From Gammaproteobacteria bacterium (lineage in GTDB: Bacteria > Pseudomonadota > Gammaproteobacteria > UBA4575): a DNA stretch of 64,000 nucleotides. Made by a program: the position numbers and the translations under genes. Of the stretch, positions 39,072-50,053 are shown in pieces (within the stretch, counting starts at the first letter, position 1; every line of letters starts with the position of its first letter). The notes under the pieces were generated by a model. The model was not told the DNA's origin, ran no database searches, and was given only the letters and a program-made list of their open reading frames with translations. The stretch spans positions 118,700 through 182,699 of the forward strand of contig CBDCTA010000028.1 in NCBI GenBank assembly GCA_965221955.1. The letters run 5' to 3'.

Positions 39072-39671
39072 CTAGACCTTTTGCCATAGCAAACACCTAT
39101 TATTGGCAGGCATTGCAAAATCCTCTACTAAGGCTAGTGCTTGATCCTCGGCAAGCTTATTTAAATCCATAAAATCGCGTACCCCACTAAGAGGGTCCTG
39201 CAGCTTGAGATATTGATCAAACCTCGCATTGCTAGGACTTGTATGTTCTCCTTGATAAGAAAATGGTCCATAAACTAACAATTTGCCTTTTGGCCTCAAA
39301 GTTTGACCTACACCTCGAAAGAAGTCCTCTACCTTTTCCCAAGACATAATATGAAAACAATTAGCCGAAAAAATTCCATCAATCTGAGTAACTTCCCAGT
39401 CTTCATCCGTAACATCTAATTCAATAGGCGAACAAATATTTTTTGAAGGATGTTCATCAATCCATGCTCGAATACTATCGAGGTTTTCAAGCAAGTCACT
39501 AGGTTGCCAACTTAGGTGCGGAAGATGATTAGCGAAGTAGATTGCATGTTGGCCTGAGCCACTGCCAATTTCTAATATTTTTTTACAGTCTTTAAAAGCG
39601 ACCTTGAGTATTTCTAAAATGGGATCTTTATTTTGCTCACAAGCTTGAGAAAACTTACGCTTAGATTGCAT
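39072..39671 (-). CDS. DUF938 family SAM-dependent methyltransferase
   Basis: ACEQNKDPIL, LEIGSGSGQHA, WQPSD, YGPF and MPANN motifs. Confidence 0.9.
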   Translation of the reverse strand: MQSKRKFSQACEQNKDPILEILKVAFKDCKKILEIGSGSGQHAIYFANHLPHLSWQPSDLLENLDSIRAWIDEHPSKNICSPIELDVTDEDWEVTQIDGIFSANCFHIMSWEKVEDFFRGVGQTLRPKGKLLVYGPFSYQGEHTSPSNARFDQYLKLQDPLSGVRDFMDLNKLAEDQALALVEDFAMPANNRCLLWQKV

Positions 39672-39686
39672 AGTGTTGCAATAGAT

Positions 39687-40031
39687 TCATCTTGGCTTTA
39701 AGGCATCACTCTCAAATTTGATCCCCTCCCAACCTGTTTGCATAAAGTTACGTATATTTAGATGATTATTACTCTTTGGATTTGCTAAAACCTCATCGCG
39801 ATAATAAGCACCAAAACAATCTAATGTTTGCTGTTTACTAAAATCATGCAATTTTGCGAATGCAAATAGCTTACAAGAACCTTCGTTCTCGCCTGCTAGA
39901 TTTGTTAACCTACCATTTGTAAAAGCTGCAGGAACATATTGATATAGAGTTTCAATCACAGCCATAGTATCTTGGAATTCTATTGAACTAGGTGAAGATT
40001 CAAGTTTAGAAATAAATTCTTCAAGTTGCAT
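39687..40031 (-). CDS. HopJ family protein
   Basis: FQDTMAVI, NLAGENEGSCKLFAFA, FGAYYR and HLNIRNFM motifs. Confidence 0.88.
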   Translation of the reverse strand: MQLEEFISKLESSPSSIEFQDTMAVIETLYQYVPAAFTNGRLTNLAGENEGSCKLFAFAKLHDFSKQQTLDCFGAYYRDEVLANPKSNNHLNIRNFMQTGWEGIKFESDALKPR

Positions 40032-40042
40032 TGATAATTTTA

Positions 40043-40168
40043 TTAGCCTTTTACATGAGAAGGCGCTTCATTTGGCGTAATAGTTGGATCTTTTTCACCT
40101 GTTTCAAAAAAATACACTGCCACAGCAAAAGCACCAATTATGATTCCAATAATAAGGCTCTTCTTCAT
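40043..40168 (-). CDS. Small protein (41 aa) with N-terminal TM helix, not in ORF track
   Basis: MKKSLIIGIIIGAFAVAVYFFETGEKDPTITPNEAPSHVKG; fills the gap between co-oriented genes. Confidence 0.55.
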   Translation of the reverse strand: MKKSLIIGIIIGAFAVAVYFFETGEKDPTITPNEAPSHVKG

Positions 40169-40188
40169 CTCAAATCACTTGTAATCAC

Positions 40189-40362
40189 TTAATGTAGTAA
40201 ACTCATGGCATGCAAATCTAAATTTACAAGTTTCCATTTACCATCAGGCTGTTTCTCTTCATTTGCTTCACAATAATATACTTGACCAAGATCGTTCACC
40301 ATTGTGCAATACAAATTTGTAGCATCATGCTCTTCGAAAAACAATAATTGATTAATATCCAT
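40189..40362 (-). CDS. Small hypothetical protein (57 aa), not in ORF track
   Basis: MDINQLLFFEEHDATNLYCTMVNDLGQVYYCEANEEKQPDGKWKLVNLDLHAMSLLH; GAGGTG RBS. Confidence 0.6.
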   Translation of the reverse strand: MDINQLLFFEEHDATNLYCTMVNDLGQVYYCEANEEKQPDGKWKLVNLDLHAMSLLH

Positions 40363-40442
40363 TCAAACACCTCAAAATTTGACTTTAACTCTAATATTAG
40401 GGTCAATATGCGCATTTCAAGGGCGAATTAACGTTTTTACAT

Positions 40443-40691
40443 ATGACATGGTCGGTATATATCATCCAAGCCAGCGATAAGTCTTATTACACTGGCATTT
40501 CAACCGATGTCCAACGCCGTTTTACGGAACACAAAAAAGGCAAAGGGGCCAAATATTTCAACGGTCGAGACCCTATCAAAATCGTATACAAAGAAGATGG
40601 GCATACTCGCAGTAGCGCGAATAAGCGAGAAGCTGAGATTAAAAAATTAAACCGAAGTAAAAAAGAGCAACTAATTAATTGTAGCAATTAA
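40443..40691 (+). CDS. GIY-YIG nuclease family protein (UPF0213/YhbQ-like)
   Basis: WSVYII, YYTGISTDVQRR, GKGAKY and REAEIKKL motifs. Confidence 0.9.
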   Translation: MTWSVYIIQASDKSYYTGISTDVQRRFTEHKKGKGAKYFNGRDPIKIVYKEDGHTRSSANKREAEIKKLNRSKKEQLINCSN

Positions 40692-41518
40692 CTCGTGTAA
40701 ATTCCCCAGGTAACATCGACAGCTTGGCGATTTTGCCATACATCATGAACTCGAAAAATTTTTACACCTGCTATTACACCTAAAGCAGAAGTCGCACAGG
40801 TTGCCGGCATTCTTTTGCGAGGATCTTCTTCGTTCGCAAGTTCACCCATAAAACGCTTGCGGCTAGTGCCCAGTAATACTGGGTACCCTATATCAACAAT
40901 CTCTTTAAGATCACGCAATAATTCTAGATTATGTTGAGTACGTTTACCGAAACCAATACCAGGATCAACAATAATATTTTGTTTATCTACTCCTAAGCTC
41001 TCCGCATGCTCAGCACGTTGCTGCAAGTAATCTACAACTTCACGTGTGACTTTTTCGTAGCTAGGGTTATCCTGCATGGTGCCCGGTTCCCCCTGCATAT
41101 GCATTAAACAAATTGGAGCATTTGTTTGTGCAGCAAGTTTTAACATTGCTTCATCTTCTCGGCCAGCGCTGACATCATTTAGCATGGTTGCTCCTGCATC
41201 TAGTGCAGCATCCGCAACTTCAGATAACGTGGTATCAATACTAATATGAACATCTTTACTAGCATTTTGGGACAGTTCTTTACGCAAACCCGCAATCACA
41301 TCAATGACTCTACGTTTTTGCTCTGTTGCATCAATGCGTTCCGCACCAGGTCGCGTGGATTCTCCGCCAATATCAATGATATCAGCACCTTGCTCTACCA
41401 TCTCTAAACCACTCGTAATAGCATCTTTTGATGAAGGATACATACCGCCATCAGAGAAACTATCAGGGGTTACATTTAACACACCCATTATTAGTGGTTT
41501 TGAATAATCAAGCCGCAT
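40688..41518 (-). CDS. folP: Dihydropteroate synthase
   Basis: MGVLNVTPDSFSDGG, DIGGESTRPGA, DPGIGFGK, GTSRKRF and RVHDV motifs. Confidence 0.95.
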   Translation of the reverse strand: MRLDYSKPLIMGVLNVTPDSFSDGGMYPSSKDAITSGLEMVEQGADIIDIGGESTRPGAERIDATEQKRRVIDVIAGLRKELSQNASKDVHISIDTTLSEVADAALDAGATMLNDVSAGREDEAMLKLAAQTNAPICLMHMQGEPGTMQDNPSYEKVTREVVDYLQQRAEHAESLGVDKQNIIVDPGIGFGKRTQHNLELLRDLKEIVDIGYPVLLGTSRKRFMGELANEEDPRKRMPATCATSALGVIAGVKIFRVHDVWQNRQAVDVTWGIYTS

Positions 41519-41528
41519 AGTTAGTAAA

Positions 41529-42443
41529 TTAATTTTTTGGATATGGTATCACTTTTATAACACTGCCAACTTCAATAGACATTAAATCTTCACCCATGTG
41601 AATTTCACCACCATAATTTTTATTTAATTGCTGCAGCACATCTGCTTCAGAAATACCTACCAAAATAACATGGGTCATCACCGCAACACGTGGCTCAACC
41701 TCATTAAGCACCTGGCTCAACTGTGCAGGATCTGTATGGTAACGCTCAATTTTTTGTAAACGAGGATTTTTTTCAAGAATTTCATTTTTGACTGCGATAA
41801 TTTCGTGTACCAATACATCCACATTTTTAGAATGTTCTACTAGGCTTTGCGAAAAAGTCGTATCTCCCGATATCACTACCGAACGCTCTCCAAAATCGAT
41901 GCGATATCCATACGCTGGGTCAACAGGTTTATGATCTACTAAAAATGCAGTCACTTTAATGCCATTTTCAGAATAAATCACACCTGGTTTAATATCAGTA
42001 GCTACAATTTTTGCCGCACTTGGATCTAAACCTGCATTCTGATGACGCAAAGTTGCATCATATTTATATGCTTGTTGCAAATGTTCAATAAACGATACGG
42101 TCCCAATTGGACCAAACACATTTAATGGATTCTGGCGTTGATAAATCCACCCCGTAAGCCATACATCGTCTACTGCAGAGATATGATCAGAATGCAAGTG
42201 AGTAAGAAAAATTTGTTGGATTCCGGAGATTGGAATATCGAGTGTTTGTAATCGTTGTACCACACCACGTCCTGCATCAAACAATAGCGCTTTACCACCA
42301 GCTTCAACCAATACCGCAGGACCATAACGATCCACGCTAGGCCTTGGACTACCGGTACCTAGCAGAGTTACTTTTATAAAATCTGCATGGCATGCCGTTG
42401 CAAATAAGAATATTGCACATGCAATGGTGTACTTTCTCAACAT
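41529..42443 (-). CDS. Secreted MBL-fold metallohydrolase (RNase Z/arylsulfatase-like)
   Basis: LLGTGSP, THLHSDH, SGDT, VHE and HT motifs; signal peptide. Confidence 0.85.
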   Translation of the reverse strand: MLRKYTIACAIFLFATACHADFIKVTLLGTGSPRPSVDRYGPAVLVEAGGKALLFDAGRGVVQRLQTLDIPISGIQQIFLTHLHSDHISAVDDVWLTGWIYQRQNPLNVFGPIGTVSFIEHLQQAYKYDATLRHQNAGLDPSAAKIVATDIKPGVIYSENGIKVTAFLVDHKPVDPAYGYRIDFGERSVVISGDTTFSQSLVEHSKNVDVLVHEIIAVKNEILEKNPRLQKIERYHTDPAQLSQVLNEVEPRVAVMTHVILVGISEADVLQQLNKNYGGEIHMGEDLMSIEVGSVIKVIPYPKN

Positions 42444-42465
42444 TTTTTAAAGATAACTTCTTAAT

Positions 42466-44256
42466 TTACTTTTCAACACGCAGTACCGCTAAAAAAGCTT
42501 CTTGCGGAATTTCAACTTTACCAATCTGTTTCATACGCTTTTTACCCGCTTTTTGTTTTTCTAGTAATTTTTTCTTACGAGTAATATCACCACCATAACA
42601 TTTAGCAGTAACATTTTTTCGCAATGCTTTAGTTGTAGTTCTAGCAATAATTTTTGAACCGATGGCTGCTTGAATCGCTACATCATACATTTGTCTTGGA
42701 ATGATATCTTTCATCTTAACCGCCAAGTCTCTTCCGTAATTTGCAGCTTGCTCTTTATGCACAATGACCGATAAAGCATCCACGCGTTCACCGTTAATTA
42801 ATGTGTCCAATTTTACTAAAGGTGCGACTTCAAATTTAGATTGGTAATAATCAAACGATGCATAACCTCGACTGACTGATTTTAATTTATCAAAAAAATC
42901 TAACACCACCTCACTAAGAGGAATTTCAAAGTTAAGTGATACTTGATTACCGTGATAAGTAAGGTTTTTTTGTACACCACGTTTTTCGATACACAAAGTG
43001 ATGACATTACCTACATATTCATGTGGCACTAATATCGATGCATGAATAATAGGCTCGCGTATTTCTTTTATTTTACTGGTCTCTGGCAAATCAGACGGGT
43101 TATGTATTTGTATGACTTCACCATCATTTTTATGTACCTCATAGATCACTGTGGGCGCAGTGGTAATTAAATCTAAACTATACTCACGCTCTAAACGTTC
43201 CTGCACAATTTCCATATGTAACATACCGAGAAAGCCGCAACGGAAACCAAAACCAAGGGCATCCGATGTTTCTGGCTCATAGCTAAACGCGGCATCATTT
43301 AAACTTAACTTATCCAGTGCATCGCGAAAGGATTCATAGTCATCTGAACTAACAGGAAACATTCCTGCAAAAACATTGGGTTGTACTTCTTTAAATCCTT
43401 CTAAAGCTTGTTCTGCAGGATTGGAAGTGCTGGTAAACGTATCCCCCACTTTTGCAGCCGTGATGTCTTTTATGCCACAAATGATATAACCCACTTGACC
43501 TGTTTTTAGGCTTTCACTTTCAGTACGCTTAGGAGTAAAGACACCAACTTTTTCTACTTGATAACTACGACCCGATGACATGGCGGTTATTTTTTGTTTT
43601 GGTTTAATTTCACCATCGAAAACTCGCACTAATGAAATCACTCCGACATAACTATCAAACCACGAATCAACAATTAACGCTTTCAATGGCGCATTCACAT
43701 CACCCTTTGGAGCAGGAAAACGTTTTACAATAGCCTCAAGGACTTCCTCTACACCAAGTCCTGTTTTTGCACTGACCAGCAAAGGGTCTGTGGCATCAAT
43801 ACCGATGACTTCTTCAATTTCTTCAGCAACGCGATCCGGATCAGCTGAAGCAAGATCCATTTTATTTAATACAGGAAGAATTTCTAAACCAAGATCAATC
43901 GCGGTATAGCAGTTTGCAACACTTTGCGCTTCCACACCTTGTGACGCATCCACTACTAATAATGCACCTTCGCAGGCTGCCAAAGAACGGGACACTTCAT
44001 AAGAAAAGTCAACGTGTCCTGGTGTATCGATTATATTGAGTTGATAAGTTTCGCCATTTTTAGCTTTATATTGAAGAGATACGCTTTGCGCTTTAATGGT
44101 AATCCCTCGCTCACGCTCCAAATCCATCGAATCCAACACCTGCTCACTCATCTCACGTTCTGATAAACCGCCACAATGTTGAATAAAACGATCAGCTAAA
44201 GTAGATTTTCCGTGATCAATATGTGCAATGATGGAAAAGTTGCGAATTCGCTGCAT
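42466..44256 (-). CDS. lepA: Elongation factor 4
   Basis: [31 protein letters not shown] and [18 protein letters not shown] motifs. Confidence 0.98.
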   Translation of the reverse strand: MQRIRNFSIIAHIDHGKSTLADRFIQHCGGLSEREMSEQVLDSMDLERERGITIKAQSVSLQYKAKNGETYQLNIIDTPGHVDFSYEVSRSLAACEGALLVVDASQGVEAQSVANCYTAIDLGLEILPVLNKMDLASADPDRVAEEIEEVIGIDATDPLLVSAKTGLGVEEVLEAIVKRFPAPKGDVNAPLKALIVDSWFDSYVGVISLVRVFDGEIKPKQKITAMSSGRSYQVEKVGVFTPKRTESESLKTGQVGYIICGIKDITAAKVGDTFTSTSNPAEQALEGFKEVQPNVFAGMFPVSSDDYESFRDALDKLSLNDAAFSYEPETSDALGFGFRCGFLGMLHMEIVQERLEREYSLDLITTAPTVIYEVHKNDGEVIQIHNPSDLPETSKIKEIREPIIHASILVPHEYVGNVITLCIEKRGVQKNLTYHGNQVSLNFEIPLSEVVLDFFDKLKSVSRGYASFDYYQSKFEVAPLVKLDTLINGERVDALSVIVHKEQAANYGRDLAVKMKDIIPRQMYDVAIQAAIGSKIIARTTTKALRKNVTAKCYGGDITRKKKLLEKQKAGKKRMKQIGKVEIPQEAFLAVLRVEK

Positions 44257-44402
44257 AGAGTAACGTTAGGGAATCTTTAAGAGTTTTCCCTATTAAGGCC
44301 TGCTTGATTTAAATGATTAACTAAACAGACCTCATTATCGCTTATTTTTACTTGCGATTACTAACCTTTCCTATTTTCCTGCTGATTTATCTCTTTAGGA
44401 GA

Positions 44403-45842
44403 CTACTCTTTTTCAGGAACTTTCATGGCTAAAAATTCAGGACCATGCGAACGTTGAACCAGCAGAGAGACAAATTTCCCTTCGGGAAGATCAGCCATCA
44501 ATTTGCTAAAGGTTTTGACGCTCTCCACCGGCTCGCCATTAATCATCTGGATTACATCTCCCTTGCGTATACCGGCTGACTTTGCTGCACCACTTTGCAC
44601 ATCTAAAACAAGCAAACCACCATTTTCCAACTCTAGATTTTCTTGCTCTTCTTCTGTTAGTGGGCGCATGGATAAGCCAAAAACCGTATCTTCCGTTTCT
44701 TCTTTAGATTTACTTTTTGCTGCGAGAGATTGATCTTTTTCCGGTAGCTGACCAATTTTTAGCTTAACAGTTTTAGTTTTACCACCCCGCATAATTTTAA
44801 GCTTGACGGTTTCACCTACGCGCGTGCGACCCACCATAGGTGGCAAAGAAGCTGAATTTTTAACTTCTTTACCGTTATAACTAAGAATAATATCGCCGAC
44901 TTGGATATCGGTATCTTCAGCTGGACTATCCTCTAAAATTTTTGCTACCAAAGCACCTGTTGGTTTTTCCATACCAAATGACTCAGCAAGCTCACGCGTG
45001 ACTTCTTGAATATAAACACCCAACCAACCTCGCGAAACATAACCATGAGTTTTTAACTGATCAACTACATCCATAGCAACTTCTATAGGAATCGCAAAAG
45101 ACAATCCCATAAACCCACCTGAGCGCGTATAAATTTGTGAGTTGATACCTACCACATTGCCATCAAGATCAAACAATGGACCTCCTGAGTTTCCAGGGTT
45201 TATCGCCACATCCGTTTGAATAAATGGCACATAATTTTCACTTGGAAGGCTTCGGCCTTTAGCACTTACAATTCCCGCTGTTACCGAAGCATCAAATCCA
45301 AAAGGAGAGCCAATCGCTAAAACCCACTGCCCTACTTTTACAGCATTCGAATCACCAAGATTTACACTAGGGAAATTACTACCTTCCAATTTTAAGAGTG
45401 CGATGTCACTGCGTGGGTCGCTACCTATCATTTCTGCTACCAGCTGACGGCGGTCGCTCAGTTTCACAATAATTTCATCAGCACCTTTGACAACATGATG
45501 ATTTGTAATTACGTAACCATCTTCTGAAATAATGAAACCTGAGCCTAGAGAACGAGAATTAAAAAACTCTTCGCCATTACCTCCGTGTTCACCAAAAAAT
45601 CTTTCAAAAAAATCTCCAAATGGACTGCCTTCAGGAAGCTCGGGGATATCCATACCTGGAGGCAAGCCTTTTCTAACTTCTGTTTGCTTACTCGTACTAA
45701 TATTCACTACTGCATCTGCATGCTCTTCTACAAGCTCAGTAAAATCAGGTAGGTTATAACGCGCAGCAGCATTTGTTGCAGTCAAGCTCAAAAAAATTAT
45801 TGAAATGAATAATAAACCAGTAAAAAAATTCCTATTCTTCAT
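44403..45842 (-). CDS. degP: Periplasmic serine protease Do/DegP (MucD-like) with two PDZ domains
   Basis: LGSGFII, TNHHVV, DIAL and AINPGNSGGPL motifs; follows rseB. Confidence 0.93.
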   Translation of the reverse strand: MKNRNFFTGLLFISIIFLSLTATNAAARYNLPDFTELVEEHADAVVNISTSKQTEVRKGLPPGMDIPELPEGSPFGDFFERFFGEHGGNGEEFFNSRSLGSGFIISEDGYVITNHHVVKGADEIIVKLSDRRQLVAEMIGSDPRSDIALLKLEGSNFPSVNLGDSNAVKVGQWVLAIGSPFGFDASVTAGIVSAKGRSLPSENYVPFIQTDVAINPGNSGGPLFDLDGNVVGINSQIYTRSGGFMGLSFAIPIEVAMDVVDQLKTHGYVSRGWLGVYIQEVTRELAESFGMEKPTGALVAKILEDSPAEDTDIQVGDIILSYNGKEVKNSASLPPMVGRTRVGETVKLKIMRGGKTKTVKLKIGQLPEKDQSLAAKSKSKEETEDTVFGLSMRPLTEEEQENLELENGGLLVLDVQSGAAKSAGIRKGDVIQMINGEPVESVKTFSKLMADLPEGKFVSLLVQRSHGPEFLAMKVPEKE

Positions 45843-45983
45843 GTCCTCACTCCATTCTGGTCAGTGATTTATACTTTGATAATAAATTTTGCTGTCTAAC
45901 ATTTGCATATGCTAGTTGTGTCTATCTAGACACTTTGAAAAACCAAAAAGTTTAAATTTTAATATTATTTTTATTTTTTAAAT

Positions 45984-46964
45984 TTAAGGATTTGAATAAA
46001 AGATGGATGAGCCAATCATTTTAACTGTTCCTTCAGGCACCTCGCCAACAACAGTAATTTGATGTTGATTAAGGTCCCTTGCATAAGCATTGATGACTCC
46101 CTGTTTATGCGCACCCTTATAAACATGCTCAGGATCATCCACTTTACTGATAAACACCGATACCGAAGCCAAGCCATCTGTAAGTACCATATGTTGCACA
46201 GGATTATTGCTCGCACTCATTAATCTACGTGTCACACTACGCAAAGAAAAGCCTGGCGGAAACTCTTCTATTTTCCAAGCCTGGTCTGGTTGCAGTTCTC
46301 CATTCAATTCAACACTTGCCGTTTTCCAAGTGTAGTCATTCAAATGTACGCTTGGCTCAAATAGTTTCTCAGGAGCCGAATCACGCATACGGAAACTCGT
46401 GAACATCATATTCTCAATTGCCTTGCCATTGGCATCAAAAGTTTTAGATTCTAAAACCATGCCTTGCTGGGTTTCTATACACAACTCATGTCCATAACGG
46501 AATTCATCCAAGGGCTGGAAGCGCACAATCGTGCAATCGTGTCCGGCAATCCGGGCTCGGCCTACTTCTGTTAATTTATAATGAAAAGCGAGCTCATTTA
46601 AATCTGTGGGCAATGAAGAAGGTAAACCATGCGTTGCACTCGCAGTTTCAATTACTACTAACTTATCGCGAGGCCAAATGCAGGTTAGAATATTTTGATC
46701 ACGTATTACTTCACGCGCATCACCGGTTAGCGACACCATTTTTTCACGAACACCGTTTTCGGAATACCCATGCACAATACTCATTGTTTCGACATTGCCG
46801 TTATGCATAAAAACAAATGTACCTTCGTAATTACCTCTCTCTAAGGTTTGATTCATTTTGCTGAGCAAACTTTTCAGATTGCTATCTTCAGCGAAACTAA
46901 CAGAGGATAAAAACGAAAAGCTGCACGCAATAAATAGAATTATGGGCAGTCGGAGATATAACAT
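45984..46964 (-). CDS. rseB: Sigma-E regulatory protein RseB/MucB
   Basis: NYEGTFV, SLTGDAREVIR, DEFRYG, DGLASVSVF and VVGEVP motifs. Confidence 0.9.
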   Translation of the reverse strand: MLYLRLPIILFIACSFSFLSSVSFAEDSNLKSLLSKMNQTLERGNYEGTFVFMHNGNVETMSIVHGYSENGVREKMVSLTGDAREVIRDQNILTCIWPRDKLVVIETASATHGLPSSLPTDLNELAFHYKLTEVGRARIAGHDCTIVRFQPLDEFRYGHELCIETQQGMVLESKTFDANGKAIENMMFTSFRMRDSAPEKLFEPSVHLNDYTWKTASVELNGELQPDQAWKIEEFPPGFSLRSVTRRLMSASNNPVQHMVLTDGLASVSVFISKVDDPEHVYKGAHKQGVINAYARDLNQHQITVVGEVPEGTVKMIGSSIFYSNP

Positions 46965-46967
46965 GGC

Positions 46968-47558
46968 TTACTTATTTTTTTCTTCTAATCCATCTTTACC
47001 GTAACCCACAATTCTTACATGTGGAACAGAAACACGCGGTGAAGCATATTCCGTATGATTCATAATATAACTATTGAAACTCGCAGCTGCATTCGGGTTG
47101 GAAATAAAATTTTGTAAATCTTCACTACTTACACGTTGTATGTCGTTCTCTTCAACGACTCGATCAGCAACGATTGCGGGAGGGATATTATCAGCTTCGG
47201 GTTGTAAAAAGTTTTGAAATGCTATGAAAGAGAAAACGGCTACAGAAGCTGCAATGGCTAAACCAATAAATGTTTTAAATTTACTTGTACCATGATCTAA
47301 TTCGATTACTTCATTTATACTTGGGTCTGGCTCATCCATTTCTTCGCGCTCTATCTGACTCATTACATTATGCACAAAGTTTTGATTAAGTTGCTTAGGC
47401 AACTCTTTGCGCATTGCATGACCAATCATATCGTAGCGCTGAAGTGTAGACTGAAGTTCATCATTGGACTTCATTTCTTTTAAGATGCGTTGCGCCTCAA
47501 ACTCAGACACATCTTCATCTAAAATTCTCGATAATAGCTCTTGGTTTGTTTCCTTCAT
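46968..47558 (-). CDS. rseA: Anti-sigma-E factor RseA/MucA
   Basis: LSRILDE, RYDMIGHAMR, TM helix LAIAASVA and Y..NH..Y; position after rpoE. Confidence 0.88.
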   Translation of the reverse strand: MKETNQELLSRILDEDVSEFEAQRILKEMKSNDELQSTLQRYDMIGHAMRKELPKQLNQNFVHNVMSQIEREEMDEPDPSINEVIELDHGTSKFKTFIGLAIAASVAVFSFIAFQNFLQPEADNIPPAIVADRVVEENDIQRVSSEDLQNFISNPNAAASFNSYIMNHTEYASPRVSVPHVRIVGYGKDGLEEKNK

Positions 47559-47627
47559 GATTAACTCATTCCCTGTAACACATATAATAAAATGTACTCT
47601 AAATCTAGCTTTCCAATACTATTCTGC

Positions 47628-48203
47628 TTAACTTACAAGTGGCTTAAGATGTTTATCGATTGCTTCTCGTGCGCGAAATATCCTTGATCGAACCGTTCCA
47701 ATTGGACACTCCATTACATTCGCAATTTCATCATAAGTCATACCTTCTAACTCACGCAGTGTAATTGCCGTTTTCAAATCTTCAGGCAATTCCTTAATTG
47801 CCTTATATACTGTTTCCTCGATCTCATTCGTGAGCATGTTACCTTCCGGCGTATCATACTCTTTCAAACTCGTTGCTGACTCCATATGTTCAGCGTCTTC
47901 AACATCCACTGCAAATGCAGGTGTTTTACGACTCTGCGATACTAAGTAGTTTTTCGCAGAATTAATCGCAATTCTATATAACCATGTATAGAACGCACTA
48001 TCGCCTCGGAAATTTTTAAGACCTCGGTACGCCTTAATGAAGGCTTCTTGCGCGACATCTTGAGCGTCATCAGCATCTTTCACGAAGCGAGTTACCAAAT
48101 TTACTACCTTCAAATGGTATTTGGTCACGAGCGTATCAAACGCTACTTTTTCCCCATTTTGAGCCCGCTTCACAAGCTCTTTATCGTTATTATTCTCGCC
48201 CAT
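47628..48203 (-). CDS. rpoE: ECF sigma factor sigma-E (AlgU)
   Basis: DVAQEAFIKAY, FYTWLYRIAIN and CPIGTVRSRIFRAREAI motifs. Confidence 0.97.
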   Translation of the reverse strand: MGENNNDKELVKRAQNGEKVAFDTLVTKYHLKVVNLVTRFVKDADDAQDVAQEAFIKAYRGLKNFRGDSAFYTWLYRIAINSAKNYLVSQSRKTPAFAVDVEDAEHMESATSLKEYDTPEGNMLTNEIEETVYKAIKELPEDLKTAITLRELEGMTYDEIANVMECPIGTVRSRIFRAREAIDKHLKPLVS

Positions 48204-48249
48204 AAGGGCTAAACTCCTGTAAGTGCGGATTTATTACTACCCGCAGCTA

Positions 48250-48276
48250 TATGACAATGTTATCGGATAAGAGTTC
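48250..48276 (-). promoter_or_regulatory. Sigma-E-type promoter upstream of rpoE (autoregulation)
   Basis: Minus strand GAACTC-N16-TCATA, close to the GAACTT-N16-TCAAA consensus. Confidence 0.6.
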
Positions 48277-48395
48277 TACATCCCTTACTCTGAGAGGGAT
48301 TCTACCGCTAAGTGGTAGGTTTTTGTTAACCGGATCACGCCTTCTATGCCACAATGCTTGGCCAGGAGCAAAAATAACCTAGTTTTCTTCACCCT

Positions 48396-50042
48396 ATGCA
48401 TAATTTTGACGTCTTAATCATCGGTAGCGGCGCGGCAGGTCTAAGCCTAGCCTTACGCCTACAGGATGATTTTCGTGTAGCCGTAATTTCCAAAGGCCCG
48501 CTAGATGATGGCAGTACTGCTTGGGCGCAAGGCGGAATCTCTGCGGTGATGGATGATGATGATTCTATTGAGCAGCACATGTCCGACACCCTTGATGCTG
48601 GTGCAGGGCTATGCGACGAATCGGCTGTTTTACACACCGTTTCTCACGGCAAAGAGATGATCACTTGGCTATTGGAATTGGGCGTTGAGTTTACTTATGA
48701 AACCGGTTTAGACGGAAAAAAATATTTACATCTTACACGCGAAGGTGGACATACCCACCGACGCGTGGTGCATGCTGCAGATGCAACCGGTTGGGCAATT
48801 GAAAATGCCTTGATTAAGCACACACGCGAGAAAAGTAATATCGAATTATTTGATCATCACATTGCGATTGATTTAATCACTACACATAAGCATTTACGCA
48901 GAAGATCTACTGATAAAACTAATCAGTGTGTAGGCGCTTATGTACTCGATACAGATGAAAACAAAGTTAAAACATTTAAAGCCAAGCATGTTGTATTAGC
49001 AACCGGTGGGGCTAGCAAAGTATATTTATATACCAGCAACCCAGACGGGGCTTCAGGTGATGGTATTGCCATGGCCTGGCGTGCAGGTTGTCGTGTCGCA
49101 AACATGGAATTCATGCAATTCCACCCTACATGTTTATATCACCCTACTGCAAAATCGTATTTGATCACTGAAGCGGTACGCGGTGAAGGTGGAAAATTAT
49201 TATTACCAAATGGTAATGAATTTGCACATGAGTTTGATCCACGCGGTGTACTTGCCCCACGAGATATCGTCGCACGTGCGATTGATTATAAAATGAAGCA
49301 AATGGGTGTTGATTGTGTCTATCTAGACATCAGTCATAAACCAAAAAAATTTATTCAAGGACATTTTCCAAATGTTTATGCACGTTGCTTAAAACTCGGA
49401 TACGACATGTCTAAAGAACCTGTGCCAGTTGTACCCGCTGCACACTACACTTGCGGTGGTGTAATGACCGATTTAAAAGGTCAAACAGATGTAGAAAACT
49501 TATATGCCATTGGCGAAACCACTCATACAGGTCTTCATGGTGCGAATCGTATGGCAAGTAATTCATTATTAGAGTGCCTTGTATTTGCTTCTTCTACAAG
49601 TGAATTAATTAACCAAAAAGGAATTAAAGACAATACAAATGTTGAAATTCCAGCTTGGGATGAAAGTCGTGTAACTGAACCTGATGAAGAAATTGTGGTA
49701 GCACACAATTGGGACGAATTGCGAAGATTCATGTGGGACTATGTAGGCATTGTTCGCACCAATAAACGTTTACAACGTGCTAAACATCGTGCAGATTTAC
49801 TCACTTCTGAAATTGATGAGTATTACAGCAACTTCCGTGTCAGCAGTGACTTAATCGAATTAAGAAACTTAACGCTAGTTGCTGATTTAATCATTCGTAG
49901 CGCATTGAGCAGAAAAGAAAGTCGCGGCTTACATTACACTTTAGATTACCCAGATGCCGATCCCGCTCTGGAGAACGTAGACACTATTCTAGATCCTAAA
50001 ACGGAGAAATTTGTTGCCAATACAGTCTACGCGATGTCTTAA
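48396..50042 (+). CDS. nadB: L-aspartate oxidase
   Basis: IIGSGAAGL, WAQGGI, TREGGH, QFHPT and GLHGANRMASNSLLE motifs; divergent from rpoE. Confidence 0.97.
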   Translation: MHNFDVLIIGSGAAGLSLALRLQDDFRVAVISKGPLDDGSTAWAQGGISAVMDDDDSIEQHMSDTLDAGAGLCDESAVLHTVSHGKEMITWLLELGVEFTYETGLDGKKYLHLTREGGHTHRRVVHAADATGWAIENALIKHTREKSNIELFDHHIAIDLITTHKHLRRRSTDKTNQCVGAYVLDTDENKVKTFKAKHVVLATGGASKVYLYTSNPDGASGDGIAMAWRAGCRVANMEFMQFHPTCLYHPTAKSYLITEAVRGEGGKLLLPNGNEFAHEFDPRGVLAPRDIVARAIDYKMKQMGVDCVYLDISHKPKKFIQGHFPNVYARCLKLGYDMSKEPVPVVPAAHYTCGGVMTDLKGQTDVENLYAIGETTHTGLHGANRMASNSLLECLVFASSTSELINQKGIKDNTNVEIPAWDESRVTEPDEEIVVAHNWDELRRFMWDYVGIVRTNKRLQRAKHRADLLTSEIDEYYSNFRVSSDLIELRNLTLVADLIIRSALSRKESRGLHYTLDYPDADPALENVDTILDPKTEKFVANTVYAMS

Positions 50043-50053
50043 TCTAACTAAGT

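Noticed and set aside
39687-40031. HopJ as evidence of type III secretion or pathogenicity
   Set aside because: HopJ homologs are widespread in free-living bacteria, and no secretion genes are nearby.
40443-40691. GIY-YIG protein as a homing endonuclease or mobile element
   Set aside because: It is the short stand-alone UPF0213 type, with no intron or DNA-binding extension.
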